Assembly: GCA_964188305.1 (NCBI GenBank)
Contig: OZ076886.1
Reading direction: 5' to 3' (one strand)
DNA from: Podarcis bocagei
Taxonomy: Eukaryota
DNA length: 64,000 nucleotides
Shown one piece after another: positions 16,140 through 41,004 of the stretch. The notes below the pieces were generated by a model. It ran no database searches and had not been told where the DNA came from. It worked only from the letters and a program-made list of their open reading frames with translations. Each line of letters starts with the position of its first letter. Positions within the stretch are counted from its first letter, which is position 1. Both the position numbers and the translations under genes were made by a program.

Positions 16140-17129
16140 GAAAACTTGCTTTCCCACCCTCTCAATTTAGGTGATGAGTCAGCCTGTGCAGGCACTAACT
16201 CAGCGACCTACTGAAGGATGTTACATCCATGGCTTGTTTCTGGAAGGGGCTCGCTGGGACCCCATGTTCTTTCAGCTTGCAGAGTCACGGCCAAAGGAGT
16301 TGTACACAGAAATGGCAGTCCTGTGGCTAGTTCCTGTGCCTAACCGCAAGCCTCCAACCAAAGGCATCTATCTGTGTCCCATCTACAAGACATTAACTCG
16401 TGCAGGTAAGCCTTTCAGGGGAAGGTTGGGTGAAGGATGCCAAAACTTGGAAAGGAACAGTATTAGAAATTCTTCTCATGAATCTAGCCTTTCTCAACTT
16501 TAGGTCCGCAGATGGTGTAGGACTACAACTCCTATCATCCCTAGCTTAGTAGTGGTCAGGGATGATGGGAGTTGTAGTTCAACAACATACTATCAACAGG
16601 GGAGACAGGTGCTTTCTCATGCTGAAAATCAGGTTAGAATTTTAGATATGTCCCTTTGCATCTTGGACTACTTTTAGCAAGATAAAAAGCTTCCCCCATC
16701 TCTCAAACAATCTGGGGATTACAAACAATCCCTTGTTACATGGTGTTTGCATAAACCTTTGCTAGGGAAGGGGAAGCAGAAGAAACAAGGAAGAAAGTGC
16801 TCTGCCCTCCAGCCATGATAATTTTTTTCAGCTACTTTTCCGTCTCCATAGATTTCTTTTGCAGAAATCATGCCAGTTTGAAAGACAAAAAAAACTCCTG
16901 TAGCAAATGTCATTTCAGCCGTAGGATCATCAGCCTGTAAGTGGTACAAAGATATTATCTTCTTCAGTATACTACAGCAGTCTAACACTGTTCATTTTCT
17001 TTGCTAGGGACACTGTCCACAACGGGCCATTCTACTAACTATGTGATTGCTGTAGAGATTCCAAGCAGTAAACCTCAGAGGCACTGGATTAAACGGGGTG
17101 TTGCCTTGATCTGTGCCTTAGATTTCTAA
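136..17129 (+). CDS. DNAH1: Dynein axonemal heavy chain 1, 3' part (last 23 coding exons: stalk end, AAA5, AAA6, C-terminal domain); gene starts upstream of the window
   Basis: 23 GT-AG exons join in frame. Dynein motifs: [85 protein letters not shown]-terminus [15 protein letters not shown]. Paralog assignment rests on the C-terminus and tail-to-tail synteny with BAP1. Confidence 0.96.
456..647 (+). CDS. DNAH1: DNAH1 exon (QALREAEED...LGRADK)
   Basis: ctcag / gtaagg, 192 bp, stalk coiled coil. Confidence 0.93.
1112..1243 (+). CDS. DNAH1: DNAH1 exon ([12 protein letters not shown]...YMGPFT)
   Basis: ctccag / gtgagt, 132 bp. Confidence 0.94.
2095..2770 (+). mobile_element. Degraded CR1 LINE fragment in a DNAH1 intron
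   Basis: Decayed CR1 ORF2 motifs (aaagtgatgcatattggg, ctggaaaaggtgcagaaaagg..accaaaat, gacatgatagaagt). Confidence 0.65.
3244..3369 (+). CDS. DNAH1: DNAH1 exon ([11 protein letters not shown]...KIRSWQ)
   Basis: ttgcag / gtaatt, 126 bp. Confidence 0.93.
3751..3870 (+). CDS. DNAH1: DNAH1 exon ([14 protein letters not shown]...NKWIKNL)
   Basis: atgcag / gtaagg, 120 bp. Confidence 0.94.
4072..4130. repeat. Compound microsatellite (TTC)n(TTA)n
   Basis: Visible in sequence. Confidence 0.95.
4543..4692 (+). CDS. DNAH1: DNAH1 exon (ERDSGLD...EPVLLKQ)
   Basis: tttcag / gtgccc, 150 bp. Confidence 0.93.
5284..5444 (+). CDS. DNAH1: DNAH1 exon (TYKQQGS...NFTLSP)
   Basis: atacag / gtaaca, 161 bp. Confidence 0.93.
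5739..5964 (+). CDS. DNAH1: DNAH1 exon (GLEDQLLG...KAGEIQ)
   Basis: ttacag / gttggt, 226 bp, restores phase with the previous exon. Confidence 0.93.
6063..6258 (+). CDS. DNAH1: DNAH1 exon ([10 protein letters not shown]...ANAERA)
   Basis: ctgcag / gtacct, 196 bp, contains [11 protein letters not shown]. Confidence 0.93.
7244..7395 (+). CDS. DNAH1: DNAH1 exon (TLKKRI...GKIDM)
   Basis: tttcag / gtcagt, 152 bp, contains [11 protein letters not shown]. Confidence 0.93.
7629..7693. repeat. Compound microsatellite (GT)n(GA)n
   Basis: Visible in sequence. Confidence 0.95.
8469..8665 (+). CDS. DNAH1: DNAH1 exon ([10 protein letters not shown]...DSAEPH); not in the supplied ORF track
   Basis: attcag / gtgacg, 197 bp, translated by hand. 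Confidence 0.92.
8826..9030 (-). mobile_element. CR1-like LINE 3' end remnant; related pieces near 24815-24980, 27590-27710 and 46700-46830
   Basis: Recurrent aagagccctgctgg.tcaggccaaaggcc.a.ctagtccagcatcctgttctcacagtgg motif. Confidence 0.5.
9168..9312 (+). CDS. DNAH1: DNAH1 exon (EHLPGLWD...TFIEPQ)
   Basis: ttgcag / gtagct, 145 bp, contains [15 protein letters not shown]. Confidence 0.93.
9543..9701 (+). CDS. DNAH1: DNAH1 exon (TANLSVVF...ISLGQGQ)
   Basis: tttcag / gtaagt, 159 bp. Confidence 0.94.
10501..10632 (+). CDS. DNAH1: DNAH1 exon (GPRAEAMM...GINPDK)
   Basis: tcttag / gtgaca, 132 bp. Confidence 0.94.
11211..11381 (+). CDS. DNAH1: DNAH1 exon ([11 protein letters not shown]...NSCTK)
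   Basis: gcctag / gtaaga, 171 bp. Confidence 0.94.
11683..11862 (+). CDS. DNAH1: DNAH1 exon (LTEFKSLL...ENIPYK)
   Basis: ttgcag / gtagga, 180 bp, contains [16 protein letters not shown]. Confidence 0.94.
12897..13073 (+). CDS. DNAH1: DNAH1 exon ([13 protein letters not shown]...TYDLN)
   Basis: ttgtag / gtaagt, 177 bp. Confidence 0.94.
13499..13669 (+). CDS. DNAH1: DNAH1 exon ([10 protein letters not shown]...GRSREE)
   Basis: ccatag / gtctgt, 171 bp, contains [10 protein letters not shown]. Confidence 0.92.
14397..14527 (+). CDS. DNAH1: DNAH1 exon (IVEETSKD...AQEVI)
   Basis: ttctag / gtataa, 131 bp. Confidence 0.93.
15085..15229 (+). CDS. DNAH1: DNAH1 exon (YNRLLAVI...EMWNSK)
   Basis: gcacag / gtactt, 145 bp. 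Confidence 0.93.
15572..15778 (+). CDS. DNAH1: DNAH1 exon (AYPSLKPL...ISFDFK)
   Basis: ccacag / gtcagt, 207 bp, contains [15 protein letters not shown]. Confidence 0.94.
16105..16138. repeat. (ATTG)n microsatellite just upstream of a DNAH1 acceptor
   Basis: Visible in sequence. Confidence 0.9.
16171..16405 (+). CDS. DNAH1: DNAH1 exon (VMSQPVQ...YKTLTRA)
   Basis: atttag / gtaagc, 235 bp. Confidence 0.94.
16485..16590. mobile_element. Decayed palindromic hAT MITE in the last DNAH1 intron
   Basis: gactacaactcctatcatccct...agggatgatgggagttgtagt. Confidence 0.6.
17008..17129 (+). CDS. DNAH1: DNAH1 terminal coding exon ([11 protein letters not shown]...ALDF*)
   Basis: tgctag acceptor, TAA at 17127-17129. 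Confidence 0.94.
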
Positions 17130-17296
17130 ACACTGAAGGAATAGACTTGAGCAGCTTCCTGAAGCTTAGAGGAGAATGAAGTTATGCAGGTGCTCTATGC
17201 AACTAGACTTGTTCGATGAAGCCTCCTCTGCTGAAACAGAGCTGATCATAAGATTGTGATAATGCTATCATTTCATTAATTTAATCCTATAACATT

Positions 17297-17302
17297 AATA
17301 AA
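17297..17302 (+). terminator. Likely DNAH1 polyadenylation signal AATAAA
   Basis: First AATAAA about 170 bp after the stop, followed by T/GT-rich sequence. Confidence 0.65.
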
Positions 17303-17491
17303 ATATCAACTTTGGTTTCGCAGACAGCTGTGGCACTCCTAACTGGGATTTCCCTCATCCTGTAGACAAAGAGGACACAAGGGTGCAGTTGCTAAGATGT
17401 ATAGTGACAAAAGCATTTCTGTTTTTGCAAGTATAGAGACAAAATTTAAGTTTTAAGGTCTGATCAGAGAAATCTTCAGATGGGTATACAT

Positions 17492-17497
17492 TTTATT
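17492..17497 (-). terminator. Candidate distal BAP1 polyadenylation signal (AATAAA on the minus strand)
   Basis: tttatt on +, preceded on - by TGTAAATA and U-rich sequence. Confidence 0.5.
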
Positions 17498-17897
17498 TTC
17501 TGACCCAGAACTGGTATTTACAGCACTTGAAACTGACAAAACAGAAGACAGTTGATTCTGTCAACATATAAAAAATAATAATTCTACAGTCAGCATCTGT
17601 ACATATTTTCAGAGAAAGCAAATGCAGTTCTGCTGTCAGCTGCACTACCGTCTCAGGAATCACTGGGTGTCCTTTCACTCCTCAGCTTGTGGTCTTCCTT
17701 TGCTTTCCACTAATCATTTCTGGTAGTACAAAAGTAGACTCAACTATACATGTTCATGGAATGAGTTTCAGCAAAAGAGAAATTCTTCCAGAAATCCTAT
17801 GATAGCCTATGACTACCAGCAAGCATAACCTACAGCAAACTTGCAGGTGGGTCCTGGTCTCTCTCCTCAATACGAACGCTGCTGCATTTACCATGTA

Positions 17898-18110
17898 CAG
17901 TCAAACCTCGGTTGTCGAAAGTAATCCGTTCCGGAAGCCTGTTCGGCTTCTGAAATGTTCAACAACCGAGGCACGGCTTCCGATTGATTGCAGGAGCTTC
18001 CGGCACTCAAGCAGAAGCCGCGTTGGGACATTCAGCTTCTGGAGCATTTACTTCCGGGTTTTTGGCGTTCAGGAGCCAAATTGTTCAAAAACGAACTGAG
18101 GTTTGTACTG
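17898..18110. mobile_element. Tigger/pogo-like MITE between the DNAH1 and BAP1 stop codons
   Basis: TA then cagtcaaacctcggtt ... aactgaggtttgtactg imperfect TIRs. Confidence 0.7.
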
Positions 18111-19890
18111 GATTTTCACAGGACGCAAGAGTAAATCAATGTACACAAGGAGGAGTAGACAAGAAGGTCTCAAGTCGGCTGTGGTGGCAGTAGAGCTGCC
18201 ATGCTGATTATCCAGCTTGCCAATCTTTTACCGTTAAGCCTGTTGCTGCAGCAGAAGACTGGCAATGAGGTAGAACTGGGGGGGGGGGGGGATTGTACAC
18301 CCTTGCTGGCAAGTAGCAGCAGCAGAGGGTGACTGAATATGCAGCTGTAGGGCTGCTGAGCAGTGTCCACAATCCCAGGTACACCTGCGCACTGATGATC
18401 CAGCTGCCTCTGCCTTCACCATCACCCACGCTAATGGCATAACTCCTCCCTCACTTGATCACTGCCACCCACTGCTGAGAAAACTACTACTTCTTGCCCT
18501 GTCTCACTTCTCACTATAAAAACATACAAGGAAAACCAATTATCCAACAGTAGCCCTTTCATCAACAGTCTGCTTCCTGTCTGTGCCTCAGAAGTGTTAA
18601 CAACCCCCAAAAAGGGTCACTTCACATTCACTGGCAGCAGTGAAGGAGCTGCTTTCCTGGGGCTTCTTCCTTTATTTCACCTGCCACGTGCTTGGAGGAA
18701 TCACACAGAGACCACTTTCATGATTCCTACCCACCTGATTTTTTTGGGTGGTCTAACAGTTCCAGAGAGCAGAGAGAGAACAGAACAAATACCTATGTTA
18801 CTTCTAGCATATCATGACACTAATCCACCCATTTCAACTGTTTGTCTCAGCATTGTTTTAACTTCATAAAGGGTGGTTTTATGCAGCATAATCTGAGCAA
18901 AAGCCAAGGGACTTTCAAGGGGCACCTGAGGCTACAGTTTATCAACCCCCAAGTTCAGGAAGGGGGAAATAATCTTGTATGATCCTTCTGATCCTTTTCT
19001 GTGCATGGCTAACAAACAGAAAAATATAACAGAAAGCAGCACACACTTCCAGGTATACACCCCTATAAATTGTAAGTCACACTGTGTCCTTACTTTGGGC
19101 ACCCACCGCCCATTTCAGAAATTCCTCTCCCTTTTCCTGCAACAACTGAAGAAACCACCCAGAGAAACATTAACAGGACTGATACTGAACTGAAAGACCT
19201 TCTGCAAAGGAGGAGCAAAGAAGCCTGACCTTCAAGTGGAAAGCATCCCTTCCAATGCACATAACAGATTCCTGGAAAAAGGGTAGATGGCCACCTGTAG
19301 TCCACTACAATGATAATATGGCTCAGAAAATATATATATACATTTTAATACAGAAAATAGATAATAGCCTCCAGGAGAACACAGAGCCATCGGCAGTACA
19401 TTGTTTCAGAAACAGTACATTGCCAATTCCTTTTTTGCTGGGAAAACTGAACCCAACACCACACCAACTCCTGCTGCAATGCCCTAGAAGGTGGCAGGAA
19501 TTTGGTTTCTCCTTTTCCAATAATCTCCCTACAGAGCTTCTGAAAGATGCCATTGGCTACTGCAAGATATACTGCAGATGGATTTCGGACACTGAGTAGC
19601 AAATTCAAGTGCTGTGTTAAGTAGGACCCTCAAGTGGTCCTGGTCCTTGGGGTTTGGAGAAAAGTTACACTGGAATGCCCACATAGTCCACCACCATTAG
19701 AGGAACATCTACAGCCCATTTGAATGCAGGTGGATTTGCATGTAACATTACACTAACACTGATTATTTGAACAGAGATGTTCAGTGCAAAGCCCATCTCC
19801 TGGGCACTGCCCAGCTGGTAGAGCCTGAAATGTGCACCAGATGACCAAAGTGACAAGCAGTGAACACAACGTACTGTCCAAAGGCCGGTG

Positions 19891-34828
<14,938 letters not shown>

Positions 34829-34832
<4 letters not shown>

Positions 34833-34861
34833 CTTCCCCCTGGGTCAGGCCCCGGCGCCAT
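34829..34861 (-). promoter_or_regulatory. uORF in the BAP1 5'UTR (MAPGPDPGGR*), stop overlapping the main start codon (ATGA)
   Basis: Minus strand gtcATGGCGCCGGGGCCTGACCCAGGGGGAAGATGA; G at -3 and G at +4. Confidence 0.75.
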
Positions 34862-35696
34862 GACCGGCCCCAGGCCCTTCACAGACCCACCTACCCGCCC
34901 ACCTCCAGCTTCGGCCACCCGCCACCGCCCGCCGTTTGAGAGGCTCCAATTTCACTCCGCCGCCGCCACCTACAACAACAGGACCCCCCACGCTCACGGC
35001 GCCGCCTCTTGAGCACGTCATCTCGGCGCGACTCGAGACGCACAGCGCCCGCCCCGACGTAGGAAGAGGGAAATGGAGCGCGGCGAAAGATAAGTCGCGA
35101 CGCTGTAAGAAAAGTCCCGGGCGGAAAGGGTTGGGGGTTTCCGGTTTGGGCGGAGTTTTAAAGAGCTTTGAGCCTGCAGATGTGCTGGCGAATTCGGTTA
35201 CAGTACATAAATAGTTGAGCGGGGGCGGGGGAGGACCGTCGCTACTGGTTTGATTTTGTTTTCGTATATATTTTGTGTTCTCGTTTTGTATTTCTGTGTT
35301 GTGAAGTTGCCCTGTGCTGTGATCTTCGGGCGAAGGGTGAGATACCAATCTAGCAATAGATAATAAATAAACTTTAAGCTGTTCTGAAGCGGGTGAGGAT
35401 ACGACTCTGGGAACCAACCCGCCACCACTTTGCATATTTCTGTGTCTGCAATTTCTCCCTAGCAGTCGCAACCTTAAACGGGGAATCCGTTCAGCTTGCG
35501 GCGGAAGTCCTCTGCATGCCTAGCCAGAAGCAAGCCTCCATGAGCTTTGAGACTACTAATCCTCGCCATGGCTATTCGGGAGCTCTGCACCCAGTAGGAA
35601 TTGCGCCCAGGTAATGGGGGTTGAGGTTGCAGCCTTTGATTGTGCACCTAAAGAGACGTGCCAAGAAGGAAACCCCACCCTGTGTAAGCGTGCATA

Positions 35697-36025
35697 AAGG
35701 TAAAGGGACCCCTGACCGTTAGGTCCAGTCATGGCCGACTCTCGGGTTGCGGCGCTCATCTTGCTTTATTGGCCGAGATGTGGCCAGCATGACTAAGCCG
35801 CTTCTGGAGAAGCAGAGCAGCGCACGGAAACGCTCGCTATTTACCTTCCCGCTGGAGCAGTACCTATTCATCTACTTGCACTTTGACGTGCATTCGAACT
35901 GCTAGGTTGGCAGGAGCAGGGACCGAGGAACAGGAGCTCACCCCGTCGTGGGGATTCGAACTGCCAACCTTCTGATCGGCAAGTCCTAGGCTCTGTGGTT
36001 TAACCCACAGTGCCACCCGCGTTCC
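35697..36025 (-). mobile_element. Sauria-type SINE upstream of BAP1
   Basis: Same family; 14-bp TSD tgtaagcgtgcata (35683-35696 / 36026-36039). Confidence 0.9.
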
Positions 36026-39000
36026 TGTAAGCGTGCATAGGATGGCGGAATTAAACTGATGGAAGTGTGCGCAAACCAAGTCACGCCTCAACTGGAGTAA
36101 TGTTTCCTCGTTGGAATATAGACAAAAAGGAATAGGTTCATGGGGGGGGGGAGCAATGAAGACAGTCACCAATACAGAACACAAATCCTATGAGGAAATT
36201 TTGAAGTAACTGATTATATTTACCCTGTAGAAGGGAAGGCACAGGTGGGGTATATGATAATGATAGTGTATAATGTATATACACTACCTGAATGGCTGTC
36301 GTTATAGAACTAGAGGGCAAAAGACTTATTCTCTGCTGCCCTCAAACGCCAGATCTACTAAGCTTAAAGGGGCACAAGATTACTTTTGATGGAAATAGCA
36401 GTTTGACGATTGAACCAATTACCTAGAGAGGTGGTGGACTCTTGCTTCAAGGAGAGGCTGGGGGATTTCCCAAGATTAAACTATTTTATTTTCAAGAATC
36501 CATGAATACAGTAATATTTTTTTTCTTATCCTCGGACAATGGGAAAGAATTTGATTTTGAAAAGGCTACCTTTTAAAAAAAAAACAACTAGTGATGGGAC
36601 CATTTCTTGTGCAGGATTGCCTGCATGCATCAAGCAGGGGTGTGGTCTACAAAGCCCCCTCCCTTTCTCTGGATCAGGGCCCTCACAGACTGCAGAATTC
36701 ATGGGCCTGCTGCACATCTAACCATTTAAAATATTTAGTCAGCCCTGTAATACTAAAGATTGTGCAAGTTTATTTGTATTTGCTTCCCCACCCTCTGTCC
36801 CATTTATCCAGGAAGATAACCAAGAAGATTTTTGAACTGGAGAGCACCAAGATGATGAAAAAATATGGCAAGAAACTGAGCATCAGTAAGCCACATGATG
36901 GCAGTATCCCCAAAGATATGTCAAATAACCAAGGGCCTTTTTTCAGCCCTTAAACTGTTTTTATTTTGTTTTACTTTGGTGTGTATTTTATGGTTACCTG
37001 CCCATCCGTCTGGAAAGGTAGCAACCGTTCCTTTGTAATCATATACCAGGGAAGAATTTACTTTTTTAAAAAATGGAAAGGGGAGTTATAAAATCCTAGC
37101 AGAAAGCAAAAGCCACACATTACCATTTACTCCATCTTCAGTGTGCTCCCACCACTGGTATTCAAAGCTGGGTGCACATAAAGTTAGCTACGATCTATAT
37201 GTAATCCATAGTTTCTTGCGATTTACTTCTGTTTGATGCATTTCCCTTCAAGACAGCTTCCATTCAATTTGAAAACAAGCCATGATTGATCTGAGGTTTG
37301 CACAGGTCAAACAGCTGTTGCTCATGGGCAGGTGACAGCATGTGAATAGATGTCAGCTTCCTTGAATAGGAGTTTGGGGAAGCTGCAGGTGTAGTAAAAT
37401 AAAGCAGGTAATGTGCATCAAGTGAAGACACCTTTGTCCCCTGCCTGACGTGTACAAATGCAAATGTGTGAACTGTAGTGGGGGAAATGATCTCGCTGCA
37501 TTTTAAGCCACTAATATGTATATACCCTTAGTGACTAATACAGTCCATCTGCCTGGAACAATCTATCACACTTTATGTGAAAATCTGTGCATTTTTAGAA
37601 TCCCACAAATCCCAAGAGAAGAGCAAATAGCTCCAGTTGACTTTCAAGTGACCTGAGCTGCATACATTAGTTTCATAGGAGATGGATCATAAACAGAATT
37701 TGCAGGGAGCATAGGTTGGTGAAAAGGGCACCTACATACTTTATGCTGGTCCTCCCATATTCTTATAACCACATAATCAACTATCTTACATATAGTGGTT
37801 ACTTTTGTGCCATGGCAGCTGCACCTGACAAATGGTTTCTTCTCCACAACATATGCAAGTCAAGCCCAAGTCCACCAACAACAGGGTACCATACATGGAA
37901 CACTCTCCCTGCCCCCTATCCTTTGATGCAACTTAGGCTGAGGGATGGTGACTGCCCCACAAGCATCCAGTGAGTTTCAGGGCTGAGAGGGGTTCTGAAC
38001 CTCTAATTCCCCAGGTAATGGTCTAGTGCTCTAGCCACTAGGGCTATGCTGGATCTCGCCAGGACTCCACAGAGATGAGAGAAGTGTTAATTATGGCAGA
38101 CAAGAGCCTATGGGTTGCATCAAACTAAGTAGGATCAGCATAAGGTACAATTCTGCGTTTCCATATTGTCATCCATCCAGCTTTGTAAACTCAGGGAAGT
38201 CTGCATAGCAAATAAGTTGCCATGACATAGTTACTGCTCATCAAGCAACATCTCTGATTTCAAGTAAAGGACTGCATCTCCAAATAAAAGTATCCCTTTA
38301 AATAAAATAAACAATAAATAAATTTTAAGCGAGGAACATTTGGTAACCATTAAGCACAGACAATCCATTTATATTAAGGGTGCCTTGTATCTGCTATTGA
38401 GTCATTGAGTCTTGACAGCAGACTGTGATTGCAGTTACATCACAATTGACTTTCTACTCCCACCCCCGATATTCATTGCAGATTTCTGTGAAAACTTCCT
38501 GATGCCACAAGCGCATGTTCCCACACAAGTAAATATTATTTGCGCAACGATTTGGACGGCGTGCTAAGAATTACACACACAGCATTGTGAAATAAATCAG
38601 CAGTTGAATAGCATGAGACGGGGAGAAAACGCAGCCTTAATCATCACGTCTTGGCACTGGCAACGTGAGGGGTCTCTCTTGCCAAGCAAGCAGAATCCCC
38701 ATTGGAGCTAACAGCTGCCAGGGCCGTGCTGAACCAAGTCTTCTCAAAGATGCAGCTGCTTAAGAAAATCCCAGAGGAGTTATTTGGGTTGCCTGAAAAG
38801 CCATAAGTGATCAGGCCCTTACAAGTAATGTGTTCGTGGATGTGTTGCACAACAACATGGAAGCCACCATAGTACACAGTGAATACAGCGTACAAAGATT
38901 ATTTGATGAGATCAAGCATATCCACAAGATTGCTCCATTTCTGCAAAAGTTTGGTCTTATGACAGGAGAAGGGAGGCCCTAAAAAATCTATATACCTCAG

Positions 39001-39046
39001 GTGTTAAAAGCCCAAGTAAAGAGGTGTTCCTTCAGCATCTGCCAAA

Positions 39047-39658
39047 AGAAGAGGAGGAGTTTGGATTTGATATCCTGCTTTATCACTACCCTAAGGAGTC
39101 TCAAGGGATGCGGGTGGTGCTGTGGGTTAAACCACAGAGCCTAGGACTTGCTGATCAGATGGTCTGCAGTTCAAATCCCCGCTACGGGGTAAGCTCCCAT
39201 TGCTTGGTCCCAGCTCCTGCCAACCTAGCAGTTTGAAAGCACGTCAAAGTGCAAGTAGAGAAATAGGTACCGCTCCGGTGGGAAGGTAAACGGTGTTTCC
39301 GTGTGCTTTCTGGTTCGCCAGAAGCGGCTTAGTCATGCTGGCCACATGACCCGGAAGCTGTACGCCAGCTCCCTCGGCCAATAAAGCAAGATGAGCACCG
39401 CAACCCCAGAGTCAGCCACGACTGGACCTAATGGTCAGGGGTCCCTTTACCTTTAAGGAGTCTCAAAGTGGCTAACAATCTCCTTTCCCTTCCTCCCCCA
39501 CAACAAACACTCTGTGAGGTGTGTGGGGCTGAGAGACTTCAGAAAAGTGTGACTAGCTGAAGGTCACCCAGCAGCTGCATGTGGAGGAGCGGGGAAGCGA
39601 ACCCGGTTCACCAGATTACGAGTCCACTGCTCTTAACCACTACATCACACTGGCTCCC
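39047..39658 (-). mobile_element. CORE/MIR-like (Squam3-like) SINE split by the Sauria SINE
   Basis: Minus-strand tRNA-like head GGGAGCCAGTGTGATGTAGTGGTTAAGAG, CORE-like GGGTGACCTT...GTCAC, simple-repeat tail. Confidence 0.7.
39105..39453 (+). mobile_element. Sauria-type SINE nested in an older SINE
   Basis: Same family; 13-bp TSD taaggagtctcaa (39092-39104 / 39454-39466). Confidence 0.9.
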
Positions 39659-40272
39659 GTGCATAATGAAGGCACAGTATATAATGAAGATGCCGGATGC
39701 ACCTCTGTGAGGAGGCAGTGCCGCAACCTATGGGTTGCCACAGAGAATGCCCTCTTCTTATCCACCATTACCCCCAAGCTTCTGAAGGCAGTGAAAGAAC
39801 CAAGAGGGCTTCCTCTGCGGATCTTAACACTGAAGGAGGTCTGTAGAGAAAGAGGAAGCCTTTCAGTTATTTCCTCACTAGATGTCTTTCTCCTTGCATT
39901 TTCTGCCCCGAGTAGCACACCATCTTCGCATGCCATCATTCTACTTCTATCTCATACCCTCCAAGATTTCTCCAATGAAAATAGGGATGTCCCATTTTGA
40001 ATGTTAGTTCAAAATACATTTGTACAAGCGAGGATGGAAGAAACTGGATTATAAATATGGAATATAACATCAAACAGAACTGTGTGTGTAAAGAAAGGAA
40101 AAAGGGAGGGAAGCTCTATTTTGCAAAAGGTTTATGATGGAAACTTGGAGCTGACTCTTCCCCATCCTTTATTATTTACAAAGTGAACTGAATTACGCTA
40201 AGAGGACTTGGGATTTAATTTAATTGGAAGTATAATTGCTTATATATCTGCAGTTGGAAGGAAGGATGAAAG

Positions 40273-40587
40273 AGCGTCTCCACCCCCATTGTTCTGCCCA
40301 TACACTGAGGTCCAGCGCCGAGGGCCTTCTGGTGGTTCCCTCATTGCGAGAAGCAAAGCTACAGGGAACCAGGCAGAGGGCCTTCTCGGTAGTGGCGCCC
40401 GCCCTGTGAAACGCCCTCCCATCAGATGTCAAAGCGATCAACAACTACCTGACATTCAGAAGACATCTTAAGGCAGCCCTGTTCAGGGAAGTTTTTAATG
40501 TGTGATTTTAGTGTATTTTTGGTTTCTGTGTAAGCCGCCCAGAGTGGCTGGGGAAACCCAGCCAGATGGGCGGGGTACAAATAATAA

Positions 40588-40644
<57 letters not shown>
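40273..40644 (+). mobile_element. 5'-truncated L2-like LINE 3' end with (TTA)n tail
   Basis: agggccttctcggtagtggcgcccgccctgtg.aacgccctccc (RAFSVVAPAL.NALP-like), gtaagccgcccagagtggc hairpin, (TTA)n tail, TSD atgaaag (40266-40272 / 40645-40651). Confidence 0.8.
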
Positions 40645-40646
<2 letters not shown>

Positions 40647-41004
40647 GAAAGGAGTCCGTGAACTGCCAAGGATAGGGTTCTTTGTTGAGTCATCTGCAGT
40701 TCCACAGACAGCTTTTCTTCCCAGGCTGAGAGGAAAAATTGTGACAACAGATAGTATTTACTGAGACAGTGACTTTTGCAGCTGTTGTCAAAGTTGCAAA
40801 ACAACAAAGCATGGGATGCAGCAACGGAGAAATTTCTGGAACAACAATGGGATATCACCTCCACCCAAGGCATGATGGATAACAGCAACAACCAGGGGAA
40901 AGAAAGACATAACATCTTACAAGGACAGGAAGAAACACAAGGGACAGAATAATTGCCACACACAGGAAGAACAAGGATATAATCTGAGTTCCTCACTTGT
41001 AGTT

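Noticed and set aside
36826-36900. FE-x7-KKYG-x2-L spacing reminiscent of a bornavirus L protein segment (possible endogenous viral element)
   Set aside because: The match is short and recalled from memory, flanks do not extend it, and no polymerase motifs (GDNQ etc.) were found. A tblastn with Mononegavirales L and N proteins would settle it.
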